Positions 1-8,928 of a stretch of DNA of 64,000 nt are shown in pieces. The stretch covers positions 6,907 to 70,906 of IMG/VR virus record IMGVR_UViG_3300032038_000063; one strand, 5' to 3'. The DNA is from a virus (Duplodnaviria; Caudoviricetes). The first letter of the stretch is position 1. Each line of letters starts with the position of its first letter. Made by a program: the position numbers and the translations under genes. The notes under the pieces were generated by a model. It was not told the DNA's origin, ran no database searches, and saw nothing but the letters and a program-made list of their open reading frames with translations.

Positions 1-60
1 GGAGCGAAGGGGTGCGTCGCTAGGCTCAGGGAGCTTGGTTACGTCAGGAACTCGGACTCC

Positions 61-426
61 GTGAGAATCAAGGCCGCTTCGCTGGGGGTGAGACGCGACC
101 GCTCGAAGAAGTTCCCAGTGGACTCTTGGAGCGAAGAGGAGATTTCCGTACTTAGGAGACACTACCCGCAGCTCGGAGTCAAGGGAACGAGGAAGGCGCT
201 TTCCGACGCGGGGTTCGACAGGTCATACGTCGCGGTGAGGGACAAGGCGGCAGAGCTTGGCGTGAACGGCCCGCACTACCGCAAGAAGGCGAAGGGAAAG
301 GGAGACGTGAAGCTCATACACGTCTGCCTTGACACCAACTTCGACGCCGACATCATAGACGAGATTGAGAGCCAGAGGAACCGAAGCGAGTACATCCGCT
401 CCTTGGTGAGAAGGGACATGTCCTAA
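61..426 (+). CDS. Myb/SANT-like helix-turn-helix protein with possible C-terminal ribbon-helix-helix
   Basis: WSEEE..LRRHYP..G Myb-like motif; C-terminal NRSEYIRSLVRRD. Start uncertain (GTG near the window edge). Confidence 0.5.
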   Translation: MRIKAASLGVRRDRSKKFPVDSWSEEEISVLRRHYPQLGVKGTRKALSDAGFDRSYVAVRDKAAELGVNGPHYRKKAKGKGDVKLIHVCLDTNFDADIIDEIESQRNRSEYIRSLVRRDMS

Positions 427-435
427 AAAAAGTTG

Positions 436-464
436 TTTACAAATAGATTTGTTTGTTGTATAAT
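436..464 (+). promoter_or_regulatory. Sigma70/sigmaA-type promoter P1
   Basis: TTTACA(436-441)-N17-TATAAT(459-464), then AAGCAAAGGAGG leader/RBS. Confidence 0.85.
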
Positions 465-494
465 GTAAATACGTCAAAAGCAAAGGAGGAAAAC

Positions 495-626
495 ATGACG
501 GAGATGGAGAGGAACTTCAAGCGCGACTGCAAGATGGCGGTATTGAAGCAGATTGCCATTTACGGGGCCGCAGTGCTCATTGCAATCCTCACGCATGTCT
601 TCGTGAACGGGGGCATCAAATGGTAG
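495..626 (+). CDS. Small membrane protein (43 aa)
   Basis: GGAGG RBS, hydrophobic stretch IAIYGAAVLIAILTHVFV, stop overlaps the next gene; read by hand, below the ORF-track cutoff. Confidence 0.6.
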   Translation: MTEMERNFKRDCKMAVLKQIAIYGAAVLIAILTHVFVNGGIKW

Positions 627-865
627 GAGAGCTTACGAAGGCCCTGAGAGCAGCCGCCACCGACGCGGAAATGTCCTACTCGAAAGGTTACCTGCTAAAG
701 GGCAGGAGGGTGGATACTGACAACGTCACGACACTCTGGCCCGTAAAGGACAAGCCGCTTCTCACGCTCACGTTCGAGGAAGTGGACGGTGAACTGTTCT
801 GCGAAGACTCAATGACCGTAAACCAAGCGATTGCGATGGCGGAGGTCGCTAGGAATGGCAGATAA
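620..865 (+). CDS. Hypothetical protein
   Basis: ORF coupled to neighbouring genes. Confidence 0.55.
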   Translation: MVGELTKALRAAATDAEMSYSKGYLLKGRRVDTDNVTTLWPVKDKPLLTLTFEEVDGELFCEDSMTVNQAIAMAEVARNGR

Positions 866-1013
866 AGAAGCAATCATCGACGCCGCAAGAGGACTCGAGA
901 CGTGCATACGAGACCTATGCCCGGATACGTTACATAAATCAGTAGCGATTGAGCATTTGAGACGTGCCGTCAAATTGGCGTGCGCAAGCATGGATAGAAA
1001 GGATAGTCAATGA
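855..1013 (+). CDS. Small helical-hairpin protein, divergent paralog of 56537..56752 (Acb2/Tad1-like)
   Basis: ARGLETCIRDLCPDTLHKSVAIEHLRRAVKLACASM aligns without gaps to AKELALLIESDCPLSRERTIAINKIDEAVMWANASI (12/36 identical by hand). Confidence 0.5.
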   Translation: MADKEAIIDAARGLETCIRDLCPDTLHKSVAIEHLRRAVKLACASMDRKDSQ

Positions 1014-1531
1014 ACACGTTTTACCCGAACATTCCCACCGTGCCAAGCGAAGGCACGGAGATGCCGAGATACGCGCATAAGGGCGATGCTGCGGTCGATT
1101 TAGTTGCTACCGAGAACGCAACGCTCATGCCCGGCGAGTGGAAAAAGATTGGAAGCGGCCTGCGGTGCGCTATACCGCGAGGCTTCGTCGGCTTGGTCGT
1201 GCCGAGGAGTGGTCTTGGATGCAAAGGTCTAGTTCTCAAGAACGGATGTGGAGTCATCGACTCCACGTACAGGGGCGAAATCGGACTCACCTTGTACAAC
1301 AACAATCCCACAACGATTTGGAAGAAGGTGAAGGGCATATTCGCCCTAACCTTCACTAACGGTGGACGAGAGGAGCCAGAGGGCACCATCCATGTGTGCA
1401 AAGGCGATAGGGTAGCGCAGATGCTCATCATGCCCGTGGCCGAAGCGACTTTCCTTCAAGCGTCCTCATTGGACGAGACAGAGCGCGGAGAAGGCTCGTT
1501 TGGGTCAACAGGTGTACATGAAAGGCTGTAA
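1010..1531 (+). CDS. dut: Trimeric dUTPase
   Basis: Motifs GDAAVDL, PRSGLG, GVIDSTYRGEI, GDRVAQ, RGEGSFGSTG. Confidence 0.95.
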   Translation: MNTFYPNIPTVPSEGTEMPRYAHKGDAAVDLVATENATLMPGEWKKIGSGLRCAIPRGFVGLVVPRSGLGCKGLVLKNGCGVIDSTYRGEIGLTLYNNNPTTIWKKVKGIFALTFTNGGREEPEGTIHVCKGDRVAQMLIMPVAEATFLQASSLDETERGEGSFGSTGVHERL

Positions 1532-1649
1532 TGGACGGAATCAGAATCATAAGCACTAGCCATTGCGAGACAAGCAAGTGCAGGTACTACGTCAATGGGG
1601 CCTGCACCCTTGCACAGCACTATTGGTGCTCGAACAGGGAGGTGTTGTG

Positions 1650-2483
1650 ATGTTCAATCCGACAGACGAGCTATGCGCGAAGCTTGGCGAGCTGGGAATC
1701 AAGTACACGACTGACGATTCAAATGACTACGAGGTTATAGAGTGGAGAGGGTCATACGACCTTTGGTGGCAGTTCGTCTACGACCCATATGTGGAAGAGC
1801 CATATGGAGAGCTTCGACTTCTAGACACTGGTTCGACAAATCTCACCCCCAAGCAAGCCATCGACGTGACGGTTGGCGATAAGCAGAAAGACAATCCGAG
1901 AAACTACAACCCCGATGGCACACCGAAGATACCGAACATGCACATAGGCGCAGACCCAGATTGGGTCGATTGGGTGGCGAGATTGAAGCACGAGGAGCCG
2001 TTAAGCCTCAAGGAAGCCGTCGAGCAGCTTATGTTCGAGACCATATGCTTCGGAGGTGACATGGGGCCGAACGACTGCGGAGGCGAGCATTGTCCAGACG
2101 AGGGCATGGTGTATACCAACGACTTCATCAATGGTTGGGTGAGCAAAATCGACGTGACAGTGGGCACCGAACCAGACGAAGCGACCATGCTCAAGCTCCA
2201 TGACCGCATGAACGCGGCGCTGCTCGACTACGAGAGCGCGATGGGCATCGATGGCGGGAGCGGGGCGAACACCGTGCCGTCCGTCAACGAGATGCACCAA
2301 ATCATCGAGGACGCCGCGAAGGCGGGCGTGGGGACGTGCCACTGCACAACACCAGATGACGCATGGTGCTTTTCATGCAGCTCATGCGGTAAGAGCTTCC
2401 CGAGGAACGAATTGCATATGGCTTACAACCACGGAGAAATCAACTATTGCCCGAACTGCGGCGCGAAGGTAATCGGAGGTTGA
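1650..2483 (+). CDS. Mosaic hypothetical protein with C-terminal zinc ribbon
   Basis: GGAGG RBS before ATG 1650; CSSCG...YCPNCGAKV at the C-terminus; IDVTVG occurs twice. Confidence 0.6.
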   Translation: MFNPTDELCAKLGELGIKYTTDDSNDYEVIEWRGSYDLWWQFVYDPYVEEPYGELRLLDTGSTNLTPKQAIDVTVGDKQKDNPRNYNPDGTPKIPNMHIGADPDWVDWVARLKHEEPLSLKEAVEQLMFETICFGGDMGPNDCGGEHCPDEGMVYTNDFINGWVSKIDVTVGTEPDEATMLKLHDRMNAALLDYESAMGIDGGSGANTVPSVNEMHQIIEDAAKAGVGTCHCTTPDDAWCFSCSSCGKSFPRNELHMAYNHGEINYCPNCGAKVIGG

Positions 2484-2484
2484 T

Positions 2485-2994
2485 ATGTGGGAACTAGCAG
2501 TGCCGTTCACCATGTACGAGGTGAGCGATAGCGGCGAAGTTCGCAACATCAAAACAAAGCGTGTTTTATCACAACAGGTGAATAACCGAGGATATGCGAA
2601 GGTTTTCCTTTCCAACAACGGAAAGCAGAACGGCGTTCTCGTCCATCGTCTCGTAGCTACAGCTTTTGTTGTGAACGATGACCCAAAAAATAAAACGCAA
2701 GTGAACCACATCAATGAGGACAAGACGGACAACCGAGCCGTGAATCTCGAATGGGTCACTCCATCGGAGAACATCAATCACGGCACAGGTATTGCACGAC
2801 GGACAGCAGAACAATCAATACCAGTCGTGATGATTTATAAAGGCTTGTCCGTGATGTTCGATTCTGCGCACGACGCAGAGAAACGAACAGGCATACCAGC
2901 GAAAAGCATTCAGAAATGCTGTACAGGAAAGCTGCAAACGACTCATGGAGGAGCATCGTTTGCATATCTTGGCGCGAAGGTGGTGAACGAATGA
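2485..2994 (+). CDS. NUMOD4-HNH homing endonuclease
   Basis: YEVSDSGEVRN, VHRLVATAF, QVNHINEDKTDNRAVNLEW. Confidence 0.9.
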   Translation: MWELAVPFTMYEVSDSGEVRNIKTKRVLSQQVNNRGYAKVFLSNNGKQNGVLVHRLVATAFVVNDDPKNKTQVNHINEDKTDNRAVNLEWVTPSENINHGTGIARRTAEQSIPVVMIYKGLSVMFDSAHDAEKRTGIPAKSIQKCCTGKLQTTHGGASFAYLGAKVVNE

Positions 2995-3587
2995 GTAACG
3001 TGCTCCCAAAGCCAGCCTGCGAAGGTATGGGCAGGAAAGAAACGACATCGCTCTTGGACTCCGAGCTGATACGCCTCAGACTGACAAGGAAGAACTCATA
3101 CAGCTATTGGGCGCATGAGGTGTTGGTCGAAAGGAACACCGACCACGAGAGGCGAGTGGACTTCGTTGAGTTCCTTCCGAAGGGAGGTGTGACGTACAGC
3201 GACGGGCCGCACGTCGAGCATGGGACGTTCACTTTCTACGAGGTCAAGAGTTGCGTCGAAGACCTCAAGAGCGGTCACGGCCTGAACTTCTACGGTGACG
3301 AGAACTTTCTCGTCATGCCCGTGGAGATGTACGAGAGCTACAAAGTGTTGAGCATGAATGACGATTACGTGCGTACTCACACGAGGCTTGCAAGGTGCCT
3401 GCTCTATGGAATCGGGAGGAATGGGAAACCGACGTTCTGGGAGCAACCAAAGGATTGGGTTGCCGAATGGCATTGCAGGAAGTATGGTGCGGCAGAGCTT
3501 CTTTTCGCGATGATGCGGGCGATGATTGCGAACTCAGGTCATTCCGACGTTGACCATCCAGTAATGAGAATCAATAAGGAAGGGTGA
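2991..3587 (+). CDS. PD-(D/E)XK restriction-endonuclease-like protein
   Basis: RRVDFVEF...FYEVKSCVEDLKSGHGLNF. Confidence 0.65.
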   Translation: MSNVLPKPACEGMGRKETTSLLDSELIRLRLTRKNSYSYWAHEVLVERNTDHERRVDFVEFLPKGGVTYSDGPHVEHGTFTFYEVKSCVEDLKSGHGLNFYGDENFLVMPVEMYESYKVLSMNDDYVRTHTRLARCLLYGIGRNGKPTFWEQPKDWVAEWHCRKYGAAELLFAMMRAMIANSGHSDVDHPVMRINKEG

Positions 3588-3597
3588 TGAGCGAGTC

Positions 3598-3807
3598 ATG
3601 AAGACAATCATGTTCGCTACAGGATGTGTCGTGGGCTTCGCGGCATTGACAGTGCTTGGAGTCCGCGATGACTTCTTCGGTGGTGACATATGGACGCTCC
3701 GCGAAATAATACGCGAGTACGAGAAGATGACCGAGAAGCTGAAGAAGCTCAAGAAGCACGGCATAGACCTTGATGGTGGCACGTTGAGCATAAGGTTGTG
3801 GGAGTAG
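3598..3807 (+). CDS. Hypothetical protein with N-terminal hydrophobic segment
   Basis: ORF in co-directional gene string. Confidence 0.45.
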   Translation: MKTIMFATGCVVGFAALTVLGVRDDFFGGDIWTLREIIREYEKMTEKLKKLKKHGIDLDGGTLSIRLWE

Positions 3808-4097
3808 TCATGATGCCTGACTCCGACGAGGTGTACTTCTCCGACAAGAGCGACATGAGCATAACTAGGCTGTCGCCAGAGAGGGGCTACGACACTCACA
3901 GATGCCCACGCTCATTAAGGGCTGGATGCTCGATAAGGAGGTATCCCAAGGAGGATGCTAGGAGATTCATGCACAGGGATGGACTATGGCATCTGTACAA
4001 GAGGAGGTACGACTTCGACTATGACATAACGCTCATGGAAGAGGTCGCACGGATAGACTACTGCCCGTTCTGCGGCGAGCCTATCGGATGGGCGTGA
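3798..4097 (+). CDS. Hypothetical protein with C-terminal YCPFCG motif
   Basis: ORF with Cys motif; start uncertain. Confidence 0.5.
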   Translation: MGVVMMPDSDEVYFSDKSDMSITRLSPERGYDTHRCPRSLRAGCSIRRYPKEDARRFMHRDGLWHLYKRRYDFDYDITLMEEVARIDYCPFCGEPIGWA

Positions 4098-4190
4098 CCA
4101 TGGGAGAGGTCATACCCTTCGTGAAGCACGGACACAAGATGAGCGATGCCGTGAGGCGATTGTCCGCCAGACTGATGGACAAGCTGGGAG

Positions 4191-4451
4191 GTGATTCCGA
4201 TGGTCGAGGAAATACAGTCCATCCGAAGCACAATCGATGACCTACGAGACAGCGCCGAAGATATGGAGCGTGCGTTGAATGCCGTCGTGGATGACGGAAA
4301 CAGGCTCATGTCGCGCGTCTCGTGGCTAGAGGCCGAGAACGAAAAGCTGCGTGAGTTGATACGCACCGTGTGGCTTGCTGGTGACTTTCGCTCGTTTCTA
4401 GGTGTTGAAGAAATCAAGGAACGCATGCGCGAATTGGGAATCGAGGTATGA
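4191..4451 (+). CDS. ENxKLREL...RELGIEV family protein (copy 1)
   Basis: ENEKLRELIR ... MRELGIEV. Confidence 0.6.
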   Translation: MIPMVEEIQSIRSTIDDLRDSAEDMERALNAVVDDGNRLMSRVSWLEAENEKLRELIRTVWLAGDFRSFLGVEEIKERMRELGIEV

Positions 4452-4452
4452 A

Positions 4453-4599
4453 ATGAATGACGAAAAGTTAGAGTGCAAGGTAGTTAGAAATGATGGACAG
4501 GTGTACATGGAGTGTGACCGCAAGACGGCTCGCAGGCTTGTCAGGCAGTTAAACGAGATGTACGAGGGCGTGTACAAGTATAGGGTTAAGCCGAGATGA
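4453..4599 (+). CDS. Small hypothetical protein
   Basis: ATG at 4453 directly after the upstream stop. Confidence 0.45.
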   Translation: MNDEKLECKVVRNDGQVYMECDRKTARRLVRQLNEMYEGVYKYRVKPR

Positions 4600-4736
4600 G
4601 CACGATTATCAGGCGTGACTGCGTGTATTGCATCGACTTGCAAGAGCAGGGCGCACTCTGCGACCATCCATGCACGCTGTATGGTTGAGAGCCAATCGAC
4701 GCAGTGTGCAACGGATGCAGGAGGTACGAGCGCAGG

Positions 4737-5018
4737 ATGTCAACACGTGAAATGCTCGACAGGATACACGTGCTCGAAAAAAGATTAAAAGAATCAGAAT
4801 TTTGGCGAGAGAAATACGCAGACGAGATTATCCAACTTAAACCAGAAAACGCCAAGTTACGTGAGTTGGTACGGCACATGGGCGCATGTATCCAGTATTT
4901 GGACCGCACCGACAAGGACGGCGGATGCGTCCGCTGCCCATATCAGACAGTCGAGCACGACTGCGGATTCGAGCAGCGCATGGTCGAGCTGGGAATCTAT
5001 GTTGGCGGTAGCGTATGA
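4737..5018 (+). CDS. ENxKLREL...RELGIEV family protein (copy 2)
   Basis: ENAKLRELVRHM..C..CVRCPY...C..MVELGIYV. Confidence 0.6.
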   Translation: MSTREMLDRIHVLEKRLKESEFWREKYADEIIQLKPENAKLRELVRHMGACIQYLDRTDKDGGCVRCPYQTVEHDCGFEQRMVELGIYVGGSV

Positions 5019-5242
5019 GCCGCCCGCCCATAGCAAACGTTTTGCGCGAGTACGCTGATTTTCTCAAGAAAAGCGGAGAAGTGACCGACTACTACATACT
5101 CATCAACATCGCCGACGAGATAGACGCGGAGCATCGGCGGAGAATGTATCAACAGTCGCACGACATACGCAAGGCGTCGTGCAAGTATCTTGCGCCGGTC
5201 ATAGAGGACTACAGGCACGGGAGAAAGAGGAAGAGAAACTAA
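5015..5242 (+). CDS. Hypothetical protein
   Basis: ATGA and TAATG coupling to neighbouring genes. Confidence 0.55.
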   Translation: MSRPPIANVLREYADFLKKSGEVTDYYILINIADEIDAEHRRRMYQQSHDIRKASCKYLAPVIEDYRHGRKRKRN

Positions 5243-6348
5243 TGAATGAAATCAAATTGACAATCCGTCCATTTGAGATGGACACGTTGAAGGAAGCTGC
5301 AAAGAAAGTGCAGGAAGAGGCGGGCGAGGCTTTTGCAGAGTACGTAATCCTACAAGAGCAGCAGGACAGAAGTACCACAAGACTTGCCGACGAAATCGCC
5401 GACGTGATACAGGCGAGCTGCAATCTCGCGGCGCGATACAACCTCGATTTACAAGCGGCTATGCTGCGCTGCGAACAGAAGAATCGGTCGAGGGGAAGGT
5501 ATCCGATGGAGGAAAAGCATGTCGAGTCTTGCGGAATACGTGACGGCCACGATTGCGATTGCGGCGGGGATTGCGCTGATGCGCCTGCTGGAGTGGGCGT
5601 TCTACGGGAGAAATCGCCCGATGAGATGAGCGTAGAAGAGCTGATTAAGGCGCTTTACCTAGCCAATGGAAATGGCTACTGTGAAGATGGCTCATGTACA
5701 AAAACGCTTGGTGTTGATTGGTGCGGCATCTACCACACTTGCACAAGCTGCCGCGAACGCTTGCTCGACCTACTTGAGACGGCGTACAAGCAGGAAAAAG
5801 AAGGGTTACGGTGCGAGGAGTCATACCTTGCCGACGAGATAGTAAAGCGCGACAAGGAAATCGAGGGGCTGAAAAGGGAAATCGCCGACCTCACCCACAA
5901 GCGCGACGGATTGCGGAATCGTCTCACGGAGTTGAACGAAGCTGGCATCACGGGGTTGCACAGGCTCATGCGGGAGACTGTGGGCGAAGCGAAGAACGTC
6001 ACCCACAACGCACGTGTGTACATCGATAAGCAACAAGGGAGCAAGGATGAGCGGTACGGAGATTGCGGAAGCATTGGGTGGAATCATGGCGGCGATTGTG
6101 GTGCTCAATGTGCTAGAGAGCATCTTCTACCCGCAGAACCGCCCGCGCAAGAGATGAGCGAGCGAGAGAAGGTGTTAGAGCGGCTGCGTGGATATGACGT
6201 CTACATGGCGGAGACGCCGTCAGAGAACGCGAGCAGGCTGTTCGCATGCATAACAGGAAACAAAGATGCAGAGATAGCATGCGGGAACGACATCGAAGCC
6301 GTGCGTGACAAGCTGATTGAGCTGATAGGAGGCGTGAACGATGCCTAG
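5242..6348 (+). CDS. MazG-like NTP pyrophosphohydrolase domain in a long ORF with two further in-frame modules (internal starts at 5626 and 6154)
   Basis: KVQEEAGE...LADEIADVIQASCNL MazG-type acidic motifs; no in-frame stop until 6348. Confidence 0.65.
   Translation: MNEIKLTIRPFEMDTLKEAAKKVQEEAGEAFAEYVILQEQQDRSTTRLADEIADVIQASCNLAARYNLDLQAAMLRCEQKNRSRGRYPMEEKHVESCGIRDGHDCDCGGDCADAPAGVGVLREKSPDEMSVEELIKALYLANGNGYCEDGSCTKTLGVDWCGIYHTCTSCRERLLDLLETAYKQEKEGLRCEESYLADEIVKRDKEIEGLKREIADLTHKRDGLRNRLTELNEAGITGLHRLMRETVGEAKNVTHNARVYIDKQQGSKDERYGDCGSIGWNHGGDCGAQCAREHLLPAEPPAQEMSEREKVLERLRGYDVYMAETPSENASRLFACITGNKDAEIACGNDIEAVRDKLIELIGGVNDA
5519..5629 (+). CDS. Nested 36-aa membrane peptide A (MSSLAEYVTATIAIAAGIALMRLLEWAFYGRNRPMR)
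   Basis: GGAGG RBS 6 nt upstream; +1 frame inside 5242..6348; its TGA overlaps ATG 5626; paralog of 6047..6157. Confidence 0.65.
   Translation: MSSLAEYVTATIAIAAGIALMRLLEWAFYGRNRPMR
6047..6157 (+). CDS. Nested 36-aa membrane peptide B (MSGTEIAEALGGIMAAIVVLNVLESIFYPQNRPRKR)
   Basis: GGGAG RBS; same length, frame and LE..FY..NRP..R tail as peptide A; its TGA overlaps ATG 6154. Confidence 0.65.
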   Translation: MSGTEIAEALGGIMAAIVVLNVLESIFYPQNRPRKR

Positions 6349-6643
6349 TGAGTTTCCCCGACGCACGTGGACGGCTGAGGAAGTGGAAATCCTCAAGGAG
6401 ATGTACCCGATTCACGGCGCGGACGTGAGCAAGTGGGAGAAAAAGATAGAGAAATCCCGCAATGCGATTTACTCTAAGGTAGACAAGCTCGGCCTTTGCC
6501 GATACGACATAGACACGGGTGTCAGCGAAGAGCAGAGGGTCTTGCTCGCCAAGGCTTTCGTGGCGGTCTGCAAGAGAATCGGAATCGACGTGCATCGCGC
6601 AATCAGGGAGATAAATCAGCTCAAAAGAAGGAGGCTCATATGA
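6341..6643 (+). CDS. Myb/SANT-like HTH protein
   Basis: RRTWTAEEVEILKEMYP...KSRNAIYSKVDKLGL. Confidence 0.6.
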   Translation: MPSEFPRRTWTAEEVEILKEMYPIHGADVSKWEKKIEKSRNAIYSKVDKLGLCRYDIDTGVSEEQRVLLAKAFVAVCKRIGIDVHRAIREINQLKRRRLI

Positions 6644-6792
6644 GCGCACAAAAACCGTACTACCATATCGCGTCCGTGCTCAATGTGCCGACGGTATTCG
6701 CAAGCATCGAGTACCCGAGGGACGAGCCGCCAGAGAGCATCGAGATTGACGGCACCGTGTGGAAGAGGGTTGACGATGGCGAGTCTGATTGA
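6640..6792 (+). CDS. Small hypothetical protein
   Basis: GGAGG RBS, ATGA overlap; C-terminal part of track ORF 6496..6792. Confidence 0.5.
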   Translation: MSAQKPYYHIASVLNVPTVFASIEYPRDEPPESIEIDGTVWKRVDDGESD

Positions 6793-7015
6793 GCGCGACC
6801 GTCCCAAGCAGCTCGACTACAAGGAGATTTTCGCCACGACAATGTACGAGATGATTTGCGAGATATTCCCCGCCCACGGAATCGAGCAGATGGACGAGGA
6901 GGAGTTCGACAAGATGGTGACGGAGATTACGCGCGAGCACTACTGGCCCATACTCGGCGAGTTCCGAAAGAAGAACGGGCTTAGTTTGACATCTGGCATA
7001 AGGTTCCGTTGGTAA
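6776..7015 (+). CDS. Hypothetical protein
   Basis: ORF ends just before a terminator. Confidence 0.55.
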   Translation: MASLIERDRPKQLDYKEIFATTMYEMICEIFPAHGIEQMDEEEFDKMVTEITREHYWPILGEFRKKNGLSLTSGIRFRW

Positions 7016-7020
7016 AGACA

Positions 7021-7045
7021 TCCCCGCAACTGCGCGGGGATTTTT
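7021..7045 (+). terminator. Intrinsic terminator
   Basis: TCCCCGC-aactgc-GCGGGGA followed by TTTTT. Confidence 0.8.
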
Positions 7046-7056
7046 AAAAATAGTTC

Positions 7057-7085
7057 TTTCCACAATGATAAGTATATTATATAAT
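7057..7085 (+). promoter_or_regulatory. Promoter P2
   Basis: TTTCCA-N17-TATAAT preceded by AAAAATAGTTC. Confidence 0.75.
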
Positions 7086-7131
7086 GTAAATATAAGCAAA
7101 GTACAGTATTAAAGCAAGGAAAGGGGTTAGA

Positions 7132-7557
7132 GTGAACTTCGCCACTGGAAGGAAGATGAGGGAGGTGCCGAGGAAGCAGTGGCCCTTCATGCCGTCAATC
7201 GAGACGGTACCTCTGAGAGTGTGGTTGAGCAACGACTATCTAGCCGTGCTCTATCAGCAAAGGATTGACGGAAAGAAGAGGCTGACCGTCAACAGGACTA
7301 GGATGAACGGGAGGAGTTGGAGGGACGGAATCACTTGGGACGAGCTACAGCGAATCAAGAACGAGACGCTTGGTGCTGACGTGTGGTGCGTCGAGGTTTA
7401 CCCTCCGGATTCAGAGCTGGTAAACGTAAGCAACATGAGGCACCTATGGGTTCTGCAAGAACCTCCCGAGACTAGGTTCCCAAAAGAGAGGGTGTTCAGC
7501 GACGATGACGCTAAGGTCGCGGTAGGAATGATAAGGAAAATGATTGGGAGGAAGTAG
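7132..7557 (+). CDS. Conserved phage protein (WDELQRIK..VEVYPP...NMRHLW family)
   Basis: ITWDELQRIKNE...VEVYPPDSELVNVSNMRHLW. Confidence 0.7.
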   Translation: MNFATGRKMREVPRKQWPFMPSIETVPLRVWLSNDYLAVLYQQRIDGKKRLTVNRTRMNGRSWRDGITWDELQRIKNETLGADVWCVEVYPPDSELVNVSNMRHLWVLQEPPETRFPKERVFSDDDAKVAVGMIRKMIGRK

Positions 7558-7884
7558 ATGAGGGTCATATGCATAGGAAGCATGCACGACCGCATCGCAG
7601 TGAGGGATTATACGGGAAAAACCGTATTCACTGGGAGCGGAAAGGAGCTTGTGGACGTGCTCAAGTCTCACGAGAGGCTGATGGAAGAGATAGACATGGA
7701 CGAGAGGGGAGAAGAGTGGACTGGACGGACGAGCAGCGAAGGCTTCTGGTCGAATGCGCGACACATGCGACGATAGTGACTGGACACGACCTGCAAGAGT
7801 GCCTGACCGAGCTGCATGTCTTGGTAAAGGCTTACAAGGCGGGAAAAGCCGACGAGGACGGGAGGAACAAATGACTCATGAGGA

Positions 7885-8793
7885 ATGGAGTATGAAGAGA
7901 TGGGCATAACCAACAAGCTCAACCTGCCGCAGCCGTTTGTAGATGCGGCCACCAATGACCACAAGTATAAGCACCACAGGTACAGCGTGACGGAGGTTCT
8001 AGGCGGTACGTGCGAGGCCGTCCTGAAGCGCAGGCACGCGGGCGAGGGAGAGGAAGACGTTGCGGACTCAGTCTGGCGTATACTAGGTTCCGCCGTCCAC
8101 AAGATTCTTGAGGAGGCAGAGTCAACCGAAAGTCAACTCCAAGAAAACTGGTTCAGCGTACCGATTGGAGACAACGGCTACGAATTGAGCGGTATATTCG
8201 ACCTGTACGACGGCGATACGCATACAGTCACGGACTGGAAGACGTGCGCGACGTGGAAAATCATATTCGGAGACTTTGAGGATTGGCGAAAGCAGACGCT
8301 GATGTACTGCTGGATGCTGAGAAAGCTCGGACTAGAAGCCGAAAGCGGCGAGATTGTCGCAATCATGCGAGACCACAACATGAGGAAGGCTAGGACTGAG
8401 AAGGATTACCCGCCGCATCCAGTCTACAAAATCGGCTGGGACTTCACATACGAGGACTTCGACCAAATCGAGAGCGACATCATGTTGTGGTTCTCGAAGG
8501 TCATGCACGAGGAGCAGCTTCCAGACTCGAAGCTCACGCCGTGCAGCCCAGAACAGCGTTGGCACAAGGATGACAAGTGGGCCGTCAAGAAGAAGGGCGT
8601 GAAGAGGGCTGTTCGAGTCTACTCAAGCAAGCAGGACGCATACCAACGTGCCGCTGGCGAGAACATGGAGGCCAAAGGCGAGCCGTTCTATGTCGAGGAG
8701 CGCAGGGGCGAGGATACCAAGTGCGAGTCGTACTGCTCGGTTGCCGAGTTCTGCCCATACTACCGAGCGTTGATGAAAGATAGAGAGCAATAA
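7885..8793 (+). CDS. PD-(D/E)XK exonuclease (Cas4/RecB-like phage recombination nuclease)
   Basis: YSVTEV..., ILGSAVHKILE, LSGIFDLYD..VTDWKT, C-terminal C..YCSVAEFC. Confidence 0.85.
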   Translation: MEYEEMGITNKLNLPQPFVDAATNDHKYKHHRYSVTEVLGGTCEAVLKRRHAGEGEEDVADSVWRILGSAVHKILEEAESTESQLQENWFSVPIGDNGYELSGIFDLYDGDTHTVTDWKTCATWKIIFGDFEDWRKQTLMYCWMLRKLGLEAESGEIVAIMRDHNMRKARTEKDYPPHPVYKIGWDFTYEDFDQIESDIMLWFSKVMHEEQLPDSKLTPCSPEQRWHKDDKWAVKKKGVKRAVRVYSSKQDAYQRAAGENMEAKGEPFYVEERRGEDTKCESYCSVAEFCPYYRALMKDREQ

Positions 8794-8843
8794 GCCAGAG
8801 AAAAGCCCATGAGAAATCGGGGTAAAAATTTTGAAAAAAGTGC

Positions 8844-8872
8844 TTTACATGAAACAAAACATAATGTATAAT
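8844..8872 (+). promoter_or_regulatory. Promoter P3
   Basis: TTTACA-N17-TATAAT. Confidence 0.85.
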
Positions 8873-8928
8873 ATAAGTGAACAGCGGGAAGGAAAGGTCT
8901 TCTCGCACGACATAGGAAAGGACAAGAC

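Noticed and set aside
2485-2994. HNH genes (2485 and 62075) as group I intron cargo
   Set aside because: The flanking genes are complete and abut the HNH ORFs, leaving no room for intron core structure, so they are treated as free-standing.
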